The notes under the pieces were generated by a model. The model had not been told where the DNA came from. It saw only the letters and a program-made list of their open reading frames with translations, and did no database searches. A program made the position numbers and the translations under genes. Shown piece after piece: positions 40,387-50,306 of a stretch of DNA of 64,000 nt. Numbering within the stretch: the first letter of the stretch is position 1; each line of letters starts with the position of its first letter. Source of the stretch: Pyrodictiaceae archaeon (GTDB taxonomy: Archaea > Thermoproteota > Thermoprotei_A > Sulfolobales > Pyrodictiaceae); assembly GCA_027036135.1 (NCBI GenBank), contig JALVSY010000007.1, positions 708,880 to 772,879 of the forward strand, read 5' to 3'.

Positions 40387-41805
40387 CTAGACTAGTCCCT
40401 GTTTTCCCAGTTTTTCTCTGTACCGTTTATAGCGTAGCATAGCGGCTAGGCTACCTACTGCTCTCTCCGGGCTAGGGTATGCTGGTATGTGTTCTCGGTT
40501 CAGTACCTTCATTGCCTCGTAGGTCTCTATGCCGCCGACCATTGCTACGAGTAGTGGCTTGTTCTTGTCGCGGTACTCCTTGGCTACATCGGTTATTGCT
40601 TTTGCTAGGTCTATTGGGTCTAGTACCGCGGTCTGACAATAGAGTACGACTATGTTGTCTACCTTGTCTGACTCGTAAGCTACTCTTAGTGCTGCGACGT
40701 AATTGTCTACCCCGGCTTGGCCGGAGAGGTCTACTGGGTTCTTGGGGCTACCGAACCAGGGCATTGTTTTTCGGAACTTCTCTATCAACTCGTTATCGGG
40801 TTGTAGTAGGGGTACACCGTGTAGCTCTGCGGCATCGGTTGCTAGTACTCCTACCCCGCCGCCATTGGTTATGATGACCGTGTTCTCGCCTGGTGGGAGC
40901 GGCTGGGTTGCGAAGGCTCTTGCCCAGTCGAACATCTCTTCCACAGTCTCTGCTCTCAGTATACCTGCCTGCTTGAACCCAGCGCTGTAGAGCGTGTCTG
41001 CTCCTGCTAGGCTTCCAGTGTGGCTCGCTACCGCAGCTGCTCCTCGCCTCGTTCTGCCAGCCTTTATGACTATTACGGGCTTCTTCGCCGTGACCCTCTT
41101 CATTGCCTCTATGAATCTCTGCCCAGTGCCTGGCTTCAATCCCTCAAGGTAAATAGCTATGACCCTCGTGTGTGGGTCGTCTGCCAGCCACTCGGAGACC
41201 TCAACCACATCTATATCGGCCATGTTGCCCATGCTCACGACTGCGCTGAGTCCTAGCTCGTTCATAGCAGTCCAGCCCATCAATGCTATGCCGAGGGCCC
41301 CACTCTGCGTGATGAATGCTATGTTTCCTTTCCTAATCCTGCTGGGCCCGAAGGTAGCGTTCATCCCTATAGGGGTATAGGCTACGCCAAAGATGTTGGG
41401 GCCTAGGACCCTCATCCCATACCTCCGGGCTATCTTGACGAGCTCCTCCTCTGCCTCCCTGTTACCTACCTCGGAGAACCCCGCCGTTATGACAACGAGT
41501 ACCTTGACGCCCTTCTCGCCACACTCCCGAGCAACCCTATTCACTATACCAACAGGTACAGCAATGACCGCCATGTCTACCTCATCGGGTATATCAAGCA
41601 CGCTTGGATAAGCCTTGAGCCCCAGGATCTCCTTCGCGAAAGGGTTCACAGGGTAAATCTTACCCGTGTACCCGGACTCTATCAGGTTACGGACAATCGT
41701 GTAACCTATTTTCCCGGGATGCCTAGACGCGCCTATCACGGCTATGCTGCGTGGATTAAACAATGCATCAAGAGGGCTACGCGGCTTCAAGGCTAGTAAG
41801 GACAC
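40387..41805 (-). CDS. acdA: ADP-forming acetate/acyl-CoA ligase alpha subunit
   Basis: IAVIGAS, GPNIFG, TQSGALG, SHTGSLAG (phospho-His), TNGGGVG and NPVDL. Start near GGAGG/GTG 41805 or TTG 41790. Confidence 0.93.
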   Translation of the reverse strand: MSLLALKPRSPLDALFNPRSIAVIGASRHPGKIGYTIVRNLIESGYTGKIYPVNPFAKEILGLKAYPSVLDIPDEVDMAVIAVPVGIVNRVARECGEKGVKVLVVITAGFSEVGNREAEEELVKIARRYGMRVLGPNIFGVAYTPIGMNATFGPSRIRKGNIAFITQSGALGIALMGWTAMNELGLSAVVSMGNMADIDVVEVSEWLADDPHTRVIAIYLEGLKPGTGQRFIEAMKRVTAKKPVIVIKAGRTRRGAAAVASHTGSLAGADTLYSAGFKQAGILRAETVEEMFDWARAFATQPLPPGENTVIITNGGGVGVLATDAAELHGVPLLQPDNELIEKFRKTMPWFGSPKNPVDLSGQAGVDNYVAALRVAYESDKVDNIVVLYCQTAVLDPIDLAKAITDVAKEYRDKNKPLLVAMVGGIETYEAMKVLNREHIPAYPSPERAVGSLAAMLRYKRYREKLGKQGLV

Positions 41806-42205
41806 CTCCCAGGGATAAGAGGTAAGTGCTCTGGGCAAAAACGTTTTGGCACCACAACGTTTTAATAAATAAATCGCCGAATAGAGAAAATAACTAGCTG
41901 AAACAGACTCTAGAGTACAGGGATACCGAGAATACGGGTTCTTGTTCATTGATTGAGAAAAAAGGGAACCAGGTTAGCACCCCTTACCTTGTTGAGCGCG
42001 AGTCGAGTAGGGCAAATGTGCACACGGCTAGAAAGTTGGTAGCAAGGGTCTCAGCATTTTTCCTTGAGGAAAGACTAGATATAAAATATATCATTCATGC
42101 TAGGCGGGCCAGGAGCTTACCAAGCAATGTCGAGCTTTTCCCCTTAGACGATATCAGGGAAGGCATAGGAAGGAGGAAGCACTACTTGTCAAGCCAGTAG
42201 CGTAG

Positions 42206-42301
42206 CTCGGGGGACCTTGGTGGCTCGGTCCCGCCGAGGACCCCTTCCTCACCCCCTGGGGGCTCCTCGGTGAAAGGGCGTCCCTCCTCATCACCACCGA
42301 G
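42206..42301 (-). ncRNA. Candidate structured RNA with C/D-box (K-turn) motifs
   Basis: Minus strand reads GGTGG-TGATGA...CCGA...GTGAGGA...CCGA-G-CCACC. GC-rich, intergenic, with multiple stems. Confidence 0.4.
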
Positions 42302-42337
42302 ATCTCTGTTCATGTACTGAGAGGGTTGTTTTCTTGG

Positions 42338-43189
42338 TTACTTTTCTTCGAGCATTTGCTCTAGTCTATCTAGTTCGCCTTTCTTCATGCCCCAGTACAT
42401 TCCCGCTGAGGGGAATGCTCCCTGCCTTACCTCGTTAGCGTAGCGTGTCACTGCTTCGCGTATCATCTTGGCTGTGTCTAGATACTTTTTGGCGAAGGGG
42501 GGCGGGCTTAGTGATAGCCCTATTAGGTCGTGGAGTACGAGGACTTGGCCGTCGCAATATGGGCCGCTTCCTATACATATCGTTGGTATGCTTAGTCTCT
42601 GTGTTATCTTTCTTGCTACCTCGTGGGCTGTGAACTCTATCACTATTGCGAAGGCTCCTGCCTCTTCTAGTGCCTCGGCGTCCTGGATTATCTTCTTGGC
42701 CTCCTCGGCTGTCTTGCCTGCCAGTCTGTAGCCTCCGAGGAGCTTGTGTTTCTGCGGGGTAAGGCCTATGTGCCCCATTACGGGGATGCCTGTCCTTGTT
42801 AGGGCCTTAACCACGTCGCTGTATTCTTGCCCGCCCTCTAGCTTTACCGCGTCCGCGCCCATGGCTAGCATTTTTCCCGCGTTGTGCACCGCCTCGTTTA
42901 TGCTCGCCTCGTAGCTCATGAACGGCATGTCTCCAACTACTAGTGCCCTGGGCTTCGCCCTAGCGACCGCTGCTACGTGTAGGAGCATCATATCCATTGT
43001 TACCTGGAGCGTTGACTCGAGGCCATGAACAACCATGCCCACGCTGTCGCCAACAAGTATAGCGTCGACCCCTGCCTCATCGACTATGCGCGCGGAGGGA
43101 TAATCATAGGCCGTGACCATTACTATTTTCTCGCCGCGCTGCTTTGCACGGACTATGTCTCGCACGGTGACCTTCTCCCGGCTAGCCAT
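42338..43189 (-). CDS. panB: 3-methyl-2-oxobutanoate hydroxymethyltransferase
   Basis: MVTAYD, LVGDSVGM, DMPFMSY, VKLEGG, GHIGLTPQ and DGQVLV. Confidence 0.97.
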   Translation of the reverse strand: MASREKVTVRDIVRAKQRGEKIVMVTAYDYPSARIVDEAGVDAILVGDSVGMVVHGLESTLQVTMDMMLLHVAAVARAKPRALVVGDMPFMSYEASINEAVHNAGKMLAMGADAVKLEGGQEYSDVVKALTRTGIPVMGHIGLTPQKHKLLGGYRLAGKTAEEAKKIIQDAEALEEAGAFAIVIEFTAHEVARKITQRLSIPTICIGSGPYCDGQVLVLHDLIGLSLSPPPFAKKYLDTAKMIREAVTRYANEVRQGAFPSAGMYWGMKKGELDRLEQMLEEK

Positions 43190-44097
43190 TTCTCGAGCAG
43201 CCTCACAGCCCGGTACGCAAACCAGTTAAGCGGGGCCGAGACCCCGTGTCTCCAGGCCTCTTCGGCGACGACTCCACTGATATAGTCTATCTCGGTCCGC
43301 TTACCCCTACTAATGTCCTGGATCATGGAGGAGCAGTTATCCCCAGTTACCCGGGCTACTCGCAGCGCCTCCTCAACAGGGTTCCTCGGCAGCTTAATGC
43401 CGTGGGCCTCGGCGACCCTGCCAACCTCCTCTGCCAAGGCCTCAGCTAGCTCCCTGGCAAAAGGATCCTCAACTACTACCCGGTTACGGCTCCACGCTAG
43501 CACTGTTACTGGGTTTATTGCTGCGTTTACCGCGAGTTTCAGCCAGCGCCACTCATCGAGACGCCCGCCGATGCAGTGGGTACTTAGCCCTCCCCGACTA
43601 AGAGCATCGGAGAGGAAGTGGCAGGCACGCCTAGCTTCCTCGTTAGCGCTTCTCCAGCCCAGCAGCACCTCGCCCCTATTGACGAGCCTTGAGCGGCAAT
43701 GCCCGAGCCTAGTGGAGCCAAACAACACTATTCCGCCAAGAGCCCTACCCGGGAACCTCGACTCTAGTAGCTCTAGGCTCCCTAGCCCATTCTGTAACGA
43801 GACAACCGAGCCAGGCCTCCACCCAGCACGTAGAGACTCCTCAACAGCTGCTCGTAGATCATAGGCCTTGGTAGCGTAGAGAACCAGCTCTGGGCTAATC
43901 CTATGTGCATCGCTCCACGTGTAGACGGGGATACTAGCCTCTCCTAGACCCTCGACAATAACCCTGCTAGCACTCTGGCCCCGAGTAACTACAGCCACGT
44001 CCACGCCTCCCCTGCTAAGCGCGACAGCAAGCACTGAGCCAACAGCGCCGCACCCAACAACCACTACACTGGCCAAGGCAGCTCCTTGCCCTCCCAT
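43153..44097 (-). CDS. panE: Ketopantoate reductase
   Basis: VGCGAVG, TKAYD, LQNGLG, WLKLAVNAAINP, SSMIQD and TEIDYISG. Confidence 0.93.
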   Translation of the reverse strand: MGGQGAALASVVVVGCGAVGSVLAVALSRGGVDVAVVTRGQSASRVIVEGLGEASIPVYTWSDAHRISPELVLYATKAYDLRAAVEESLRAGWRPGSVVSLQNGLGSLELLESRFPGRALGGIVLFGSTRLGHCRSRLVNRGEVLLGWRSANEEARRACHFLSDALSRGGLSTHCIGGRLDEWRWLKLAVNAAINPVTVLAWSRNRVVVEDPFARELAEALAEEVGRVAEAHGIKLPRNPVEEALRVARVTGDNCSSMIQDISRGKRTEIDYISGVVAEEAWRHGVSAPLNWFAYRAVRLLEKWLAGRRSPCET

Positions 44098-44122
44098 GAG
44101 GACCGGAGTGTTCTCCCGGGAA

Positions 44123-44166
44123 TATACCCGCCGGTATATAGCTACAGTTATATAACCACAGTTATA
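44123..44166. promoter_or_regulatory. Three tandem 14-nt-period palindromes TATAnC-N4-GnTATA
   Basis: TATACC-CGCC-GGTATA (44123), TATAGC-TACA-GTTATA (44137) and TATAAC-CACA-GTTATA (44151) in the panE/ATPase divergent spacer. Confidence 0.65.
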
Positions 44167-44196
44167 CAGCAGGTTATGCCATGGGGGCACCCGTTA

Positions 44197-45498
44197 GTGC
44201 AAAAAGTAGTTATCCATCGATGGGAGTGTAGCTACCTTGCCAAGCGCTCCCGGGAACAAGGCTGGGTACTGGTATACGGTAGGAGGAAGACAGGAAAGAC
44301 ATGGCTTCTAAGGAACTGCGTTGACTGGGGTCTCTACGTCACTGTTACGCGTAGCGGCGAGTGCATAGTAGAGGACCGGGCTGGTAGGAGGAATATTGGT
44401 CTCCGAGAATGCATATCCATGGCTACTCAGGGGCTGAGGAAGCAGGGGGAGAGCATCATTATTGACGAGTTTCAGCGTGTCCCGGAAAAGTACTGGGACT
44501 TGCTAGCAATTGCTGCCCACGAGGCTGAGAGAGGCCTCATACTATGCGGGTCTAGCCTAGGCATGGCACGCCGCGTATTCGACGAGAGAAGCCCCTTGCT
44601 AGGCTTCTTTGAGGCCTTCCGCGTAGACCTGGCAAGCATCGCGGATACCATCGCGTCACTCCACGGCCAGGGCCTCGGAACCCGCGAGGCAGTCCTATGG
44701 TCAATTATTGTCCGTGACCCCTGGGTGCTGCTGCATCTCAAGCCCCGGGGTGAGCCCTGGAAGCTACTAGCCGAGCGAGCAGCTGGCCTTGTCCCCGCGG
44801 CTAAGGGGCTTATCGGGGAGGTGTTTAGTGAGGAAGATAGGCAGCTAAGCAGGGTCTACGAGGCGGTTCTCCAGCTACTAGCTCAGGGCTATTGGCGGGC
44901 TGCCGACATAGCTGCCAAGCTCTACGAGGCAGGGTTCTCCACGTCTCCCCAGCCAGGGGTAGCAACCGGGGTTCTTCGCGTCCTTGAAGAGATGGGGCTT
45001 GTTGAGCGTGTTCCCTTGTGGAGGACTCGTAGAGCCCGCGTATATTATCGGCACCGATCCTCGTCGGTCTCGCTTCTCTACAGCGTAGCAGACTATGTGG
45101 AGGAGGTAGGGGAGACACCTAGCCCCGACGCGCTCTTGGCAAGGTATGGTGTGGAGCTGCAGTTCGGCCTCGGAGAGCTACTAGCTGAGCGCAAGGGTCT
45201 TCGCAGAGGCTACTCTATACCGCGGGGTGGACGCGACATAGACGTCGTCTTGCTCGATAGACGCGGCAGGCCTGAGTGGGGCTACGAGGTGGAAATGGGC
45301 CACCTGGATACCCGCGAAGCCGAGAACATAGCTGAGTGGATACGGTCCCTCGGAATACCACACGCAGGTATAATAGCCCTAGGCGGGATAAGGGGCGATA
45401 CAGGTAGGGTTGATGAGGCCCCTGACGCCAAGGCTATAGTGGAGGAGGCAGAGATGCTAAGCAATACACGGAGAAAAGAAATTGATACGGTGGAATAG
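44197..45498 (+). CDS. Archaeal AAA ATPase with wHTH and C-terminal DUF234-like PD-(D/E)xK domain
   Basis: YGRRKTGKT, IDEFQR, CGSS, SPLLG and DIDVV...YEVEMG. GTG start at 44197. Confidence 0.85.
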   Translation: MQKVVIHRWECSYLAKRSREQGWVLVYGRRKTGKTWLLRNCVDWGLYVTVTRSGECIVEDRAGRRNIGLRECISMATQGLRKQGESIIIDEFQRVPEKYWDLLAIAAHEAERGLILCGSSLGMARRVFDERSPLLGFFEAFRVDLASIADTIASLHGQGLGTREAVLWSIIVRDPWVLLHLKPRGEPWKLLAERAAGLVPAAKGLIGEVFSEEDRQLSRVYEAVLQLLAQGYWRAADIAAKLYEAGFSTSPQPGVATGVLRVLEEMGLVERVPLWRTRRARVYYRHRSSSVSLLYSVADYVEEVGETPSPDALLARYGVELQFGLGELLAERKGLRRGYSIPRGGRDIDVVLLDRRGRPEWGYEVEMGHLDTREAENIAEWIRSLGIPHAGIIALGGIRGDTGRVDEAPDAKAIVEEAEMLSNTRRKEIDTVE

Positions 45499-45567
45499 CC
45501 TTAGCTAAGGCGCTGCTCCTGGCTACCCGGTTCCGAGGCCCTACGGAGATCGGAGGAGTCCCTGAGC

Positions 45568-46299
45568 TTGCCTATCGTGCGAATGGGTGGCTGGGTACTA
45601 GCCATAGAGGGGGATACAAACAGCTCTAATGACATTATTGCTACTCTTCGCCGCGTCTACGAGAGAGTTAGTGGAGAGGACCTCGTCGAGCTAATTATCC
45701 ACGAATCGCGAGAAGCAATGGAGACGTTTCTCAGACAAGAAGCAGAGAGGCTGGGCGTTGTTATTGATGCCTCGTTCCCCGTGGTTCATGAGGCTTGGAC
45801 CGGGGTTCCCCGGATACACGTAGTCCCCCAGGAGCTTAGACAACTAGGCGACGTGGGCAAGGCCTTTCTCGTACACGAGGCCTTTCACAGCATACTACAC
45901 GGCTCACTAGAGTATTATATCGTAACATTACCCGGCAGCGATGAAGCGAGCTGGCTAGCAGCCTACATAGCCGCCACGAGTATCAAGGACCTAGAAGTAC
46001 ACATGCACATGAAGAGATACGGGTTCAAGGAGGAGCTATTGCTCGAGAAGAACTACTGGGAGAAAACACTGGGAAACAAGTGGGGATGCAGCAGTCCCGA
46101 GGAGCTTGGAGATGTGCTGCGAGCAGCCACGATATGGATAGTCCTGGGAGAGAAGCCGCCGCTAAGCGAAGAGTGCTCCGGGAAAATAGAGCCCCTTATC
46201 AAGTTATACGAGGAACTAACGCGCCTAGATAAGAGGCCGTGGAATTACCTGGATAGAGCAATAAGCGAGACAATAGGCATTGTTAAGGCTCTTCGGTAG
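45568..46299 (+). CDS. Hypothetical protein with zincin HExxH motif
   Basis: HEAWTGVPRI, LVHEAFHSILHG and KDLEV. Confidence 0.65.
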   Translation: MPIVRMGGWVLAIEGDTNSSNDIIATLRRVYERVSGEDLVELIIHESREAMETFLRQEAERLGVVIDASFPVVHEAWTGVPRIHVVPQELRQLGDVGKAFLVHEAFHSILHGSLEYYIVTLPGSDEASWLAAYIAATSIKDLEVHMHMKRYGFKEELLLEKNYWEKTLGNKWGCSSPEELGDVLRAATIWIVLGEKPPLSEECSGKIEPLIKLYEELTRLDKRPWNYLDRAISETIGIVKALR

Positions 46300-46359
46300 A
46301 GCTGTCTCTGAGCCCAGCCGTGTCCCGGAGGGATGCATATGGAGGCCTAGTGCTCCTAG

Positions 46360-47715
46360 GTGACGAGGCATTTTTCATCCCTCAGGGACCTTGATACAGA
46401 GTTAATGGTGTTGTCTCTCTTGGCTAGCGGAGAGCCCCTTGTTCTTTGTGGCCGGGTAGTTGATACGTCTAGTGGCGGTATTATCGAGGATGGCTGCGTC
46501 GTTGTAGAGGGCAGTGTTATACGTGATGTTGGTTCCCGTGGCTCTGTCGAGGTACCGGAAGAGGCTAGGGTTCTTGATCTCCGGGGTTATACTATCCTGC
46601 CTGGCCTAATAGATGCCCATGTACATGTTACCGGGCTTCGTAGCGGCGACTACGTGAGAGAGGCCCTCACAACCCCGGCTGGTGTTCTATGCGCACGCGG
46701 AGCAAGGGATTTAGAGAAAATGCTTGATGCTGGCTTCACCACTATTGTTGATGCTGGTGGTGTTATAGGTCTTCATCTCCGCGATGCTGTTGCTGAGGGC
46801 ACTGTTAGGGGGCCGCGCATAGTTGCTGCTGGGTACCCGTTGAGCCAGACCTTTGGCCATGGCGATGTACACTTTCTCCCCGTTGAGTACGTTGATGCAC
46901 GGACTACTAGGATTTTCCAGCCCTTCCTCTCACTGATATGTGATGGAGCTGACGAGTGCCGCAAGGCTGCTCGCTATGCTCTCCGGGAGGGAGCGGATTT
47001 TATCAAGATATTCGCTAGTGGTGGCGTTGCTTCCCAGCGCGATAGGCCAGAGTACCCTCAGTTCACCCTAGAGGAGATCAAGGCCATTGTTGAGGAGGCT
47101 AGGAGGGCTAGGAGGTTCGTACATGCACATGCAGAGGGTGCGGAGGGCATAATCAATGCTCTACGCGGGGGCGTGACGAGGATAGCCCACGCAATATTCA
47201 TAGATGATGAAGGCATTAGCCTAGCCCTGGAGAAGAACGCTGTCATAATCCCAACGCTTAGTGTCGTGAAGCTACTCGTGGAGCACGGCGAGAAAGCCGG
47301 GGTACCGAGCTGGGCCCTAGAGAAGGCACGGGAAGTCTACAAGATACACGTGGAGAACATTAGGCGTGCCTACCGGGCAGGTGTAAGGCTAGCGACTGGC
47401 ACCGACTTCTTCTTCGAGCCACTCGGGACAAAGTTCTACGGGCTCAATGCGTTAGAGATACACCTCCTCGTAACAGAGATAGGGCTAAGCCCCCTAGAAG
47501 CACTAATAGCTGCCACTAAGAACGCTGCCTACGTGGCCGGGCTAGAGGGCAAAGTAGGCGAGCTAAAGCCGGGATACCTAGCAGACATCATAGTCGTGAA
47601 AGGCAACCCTGACCAAGACACTAGGACACTACTCTGCCCAGACAACGTAGTACTTGTGATGAAGGAAGGCAAGATACTAAAAGACAGAGTCAATGGCCAA
47701 GATGCACATGCTTAG
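46360..47715 (+). CDS. Metal-dependent amidohydrolase (Xaa-Pro dipeptidase-like)
   Basis: PGLIDAHVH, IKIFASGG, HAHA, IAH, GTD and GYLADIIVV. Start probably at 46405 or later. Confidence 0.92.
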   Translation: MTRHFSSLRDLDTELMVLSLLASGEPLVLCGRVVDTSSGGIIEDGCVVVEGSVIRDVGSRGSVEVPEEARVLDLRGYTILPGLIDAHVHVTGLRSGDYVREALTTPAGVLCARGARDLEKMLDAGFTTIVDAGGVIGLHLRDAVAEGTVRGPRIVAAGYPLSQTFGHGDVHFLPVEYVDARTTRIFQPFLSLICDGADECRKAARYALREGADFIKIFASGGVASQRDRPEYPQFTLEEIKAIVEEARRARRFVHAHAEGAEGIINALRGGVTRIAHAIFIDDEGISLALEKNAVIIPTLSVVKLLVEHGEKAGVPSWALEKAREVYKIHVENIRRAYRAGVRLATGTDFFFEPLGTKFYGLNALEIHLLVTEIGLSPLEALIAATKNAAYVAGLEGKVGELKPGYLADIIVVKGNPDQDTRTLLCPDNVVLVMKEGKILKDRVNGQDAHA

Positions 47716-47852
47716 GCAATAGTAGAGTATTAGTTAAGGCACTAGTAGTTACTGCTCTCTCAGCTCCGATAGCTTGCGCACTGAGTCAGTTCCCAGGAAT
47801 ACTTTTACTTAGCTCTTCATATTCCACCTCTATAAGGAGGAAAAAGGGGGCC

Positions 47853-48336
47853 GTGGATTCTCTCGTAATTAGTCTGCCGCCTAGTACGGCTAAGAGGCTT
47901 CGTAGAGAGGCCGAGAGGAATGAAATGAGTGTTGAGGAGCACGTCTTGGAGCTTCTAGGGACTAGTCTAAATCCCCGCTAATAGAGCGAGGGAGTATATA
48001 GAGGGAGCAAGACAGCTCCTTGAGCAGGCTCGTGGGGAGCTGGGGAGGGGTGATGTTCGGCAGGCTGCTGAAAAGCTATGGGGCGCGGCAGCACTGGCTG
48101 TTAAGGCCTACGCGTCGTGGAGAGAAGGCAAAAGGCTGACAAGCCACCGAGAACTATGGGAGTATAGCAAGAAGCTGATAAACGAGCTAGGAGAATGGGT
48201 GTATGATGCATGGATGGCGGCCAATGGTATGCATACATGCTTCTACGAAAACTGGTGCAGCAGGGAGCATGTTGAGAGCGCTATTAAGCGTATAGAGAGG
48301 CTTGTCAACGAGATTACTCGCCGTATACTCGGCTAG
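47853..48336 (+). pseudogene. PaREP1 family protein with RHH-like N-terminus, +1 frameshift (absent from the ORF track)
   Basis: MDSLVISLPPSTAKRLRREAE..., then after CCCC 47973-47976, GDVRQAAEKLWGAAALAVKAYA...TSHRELWEY...AWMAANGMHTCFYENW. Length 484 nt = 3n+1. Confidence 0.85.
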
Positions 48337-50306
48337 CTCCTTGACCCACGCCTCATTTCCACCAATAATCGATGAACAATGCTCTCCACAGCGTCTGCCT
48401 GGTTTGTTGCAGGGCACGCGTTTATGCAGAGCCGGCAAGCCCTACATTTCTCTGGGTTTATCCTTGGTAGGGGCTCTGTGAAGGCGTTGTAGGGGCAGCT
48501 TTCTTTGCAGAGGCCGCAGCCGAGACAGTAGGAGGCCATATAGAGCGCTGCCGCTGCTGCCCTCGCTGCCTTGGCTGCTCCGCGCCTATTCCTTACGCGC
48601 TCGGGGTTCCTTATCTCGATTCGGCCCGTTGTGCTTACTAGTATCTCTGCGTCACTGTCCTCGTCTAGTAGGAGTGTCTCGTTGCCCCAGGTCTCTAGTA
48701 TTCTTAGCCCGGTCGCCTTGGCGAGGCCCGGCAATAGGCTGGGCTCGATAGCGTCGTGAAGCGTTATCGTTGCTACGAGGCTCCGGCCTCGCCGAGAGTA
48801 CTCCAGGGCTGCCGATACGCCGCGGTTCAGCTTCTCTAGTAGCTTGTCGGGGTCTAGCCCAGCTCTCCTGGCCAGGAGCCTGGCCTAAGAAGGGTAGCTG
48901 AATCTCCACCTCCATAGCCCCAGCGTGATCCACTCGCTCGGCAAGTCTCGGCGACGAGCATAGCTCCTTAGAAAGCTTGTCCACTTCTCCCATAGATCTG
49001 GGTGGCGTTTCTTAACTATCTTGAACTCTGCTAGCCTGCTTACGGGGCACATGTAGCACCCTATGCGGTCAAACCCTTCCAGGTACAATGGGTGGAGCGG
49101 TAGTCTCCGGTAGTGTATGTAGAGGTAGACCTCTAGGCTACTCCACCTCTGAATAGGGAGGGCTACGTAGTGCCTACCACGGGCAGCTGTACCGCTCTCA
49201 GCTAGTCGGGGCGAGAGTGCTCTCTGGGTACTCTCTGCTCCCCGTTGCCCAGTTACGACGAGTATCCTCTTGTCCCTGGGGAACTCACTGAATACCCTCG
49301 GGAGGACGCTCATCTTGAGGTACTTCGTGCACCACCTATAGTCCCTGGCTGGGGGCCCGTAGAGCCTCGCTGCCCGCCAGAAGGCCTCTGAGCCAGGGGA
49401 TGCCTCGTGATGAGTAAACCCGAGAGCCCTAACTATCTTGTCTATGGTCTCGAGGCTCTCAGGGTGCTCGATACCAGTATCGATGCTATAGCTGTGCTCT
49501 ACCCCCGCTCTCATAGCAATGCTGGCCGCTACCGTGCTGTCCTTCCCGCCGCTGACAGCGCTAACAGCCCAGAAGCCATGAATCCTTATTGTCTCCTGGA
49601 GCCAGGTCGTTGCCTCCTCTTCTAGCTCCTCTAGCCATTCCCTGTTAACCTCGACGGCCTCGTCTAGGCTGAGGGGGCGGGGGTTATGCCTCCACTCTAT
49701 TCTACGGTTCCTCGCCCAGGCCTTAACCACACGTATTGCGCCGTCCTCGAGTACTCTTCCAACACCATAGCTTGGGCCACGCCCCACAAGTACGACGAAG
49801 TTTCCGGGGCCGGGCTTCTCGCCTCGGAGCCCCTCTCGGAGAACAGCGCCACTACGGAGCCGGGCCCTGGTCTCAACAACAGTCCCCAGCTCCTCGTTGG
49901 CGAGGATCTCTGCGCCGACACGGTCTGGGCGAAACCTCCACCTATCCTCTAGGGGCTCGTAGAAGAAGAGACCAACCGTGTGCCCATCGACGAGGACCTC
50001 GTATGCCGCATCGACGCCCTGGACGGGGTTAAACAATGCGAAACTGGATGGCGAGCCAAGGAGTCTCTTGGCAGCCTCTTTGCCGTGCTCGCGCTTGGCT
50101 GCTTCGTAGAGCTCTCTCCTCTCCTTGGGCCACGCTGGCCTAGCATCACCCGGTGGAGCCATCTTGACCTCAACAGTCCTTGAGCCACAGCGGGGACAGC
50201 GCTCCCTGCCAAGAACAGGGGCGCCGCAGACAGGGCACCAGCGCAACCTTGGCACGTATCTCCGGAAGATGCGTAGCGCTGCCTCCCCCTTTACCCGCTT
50301 AACCAC
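48333..50306 (-). pseudogene. PAPS-reductase-domain protein with Zn-ribbon, PUA-like and C-terminal 4Fe-4S domains, interrupted by an in-frame TAG
   Basis: CPVC/CPRC, PPGDARPA, SGGKDS, YRWCTKYLK, GQRGAES and RIGCYMCP. TAG at 48885-48887, then the same frame continues into CLGCGLCKESCP/CRACRLCINACP. Confidence 0.85.

Noticed and set aside
41949-42200. 83-aa ORF vaguely resembling the tail of a DUF234 ATPase
   Set aside because: The similarity is impressionistic, with no diagnostic motif or RBS.
48885-48887. Pyrrolysine recoding of the amber codon
   Set aside because: No pyl genes in the window, TAG terminates many other genes here, and a point mutation or error is simpler.
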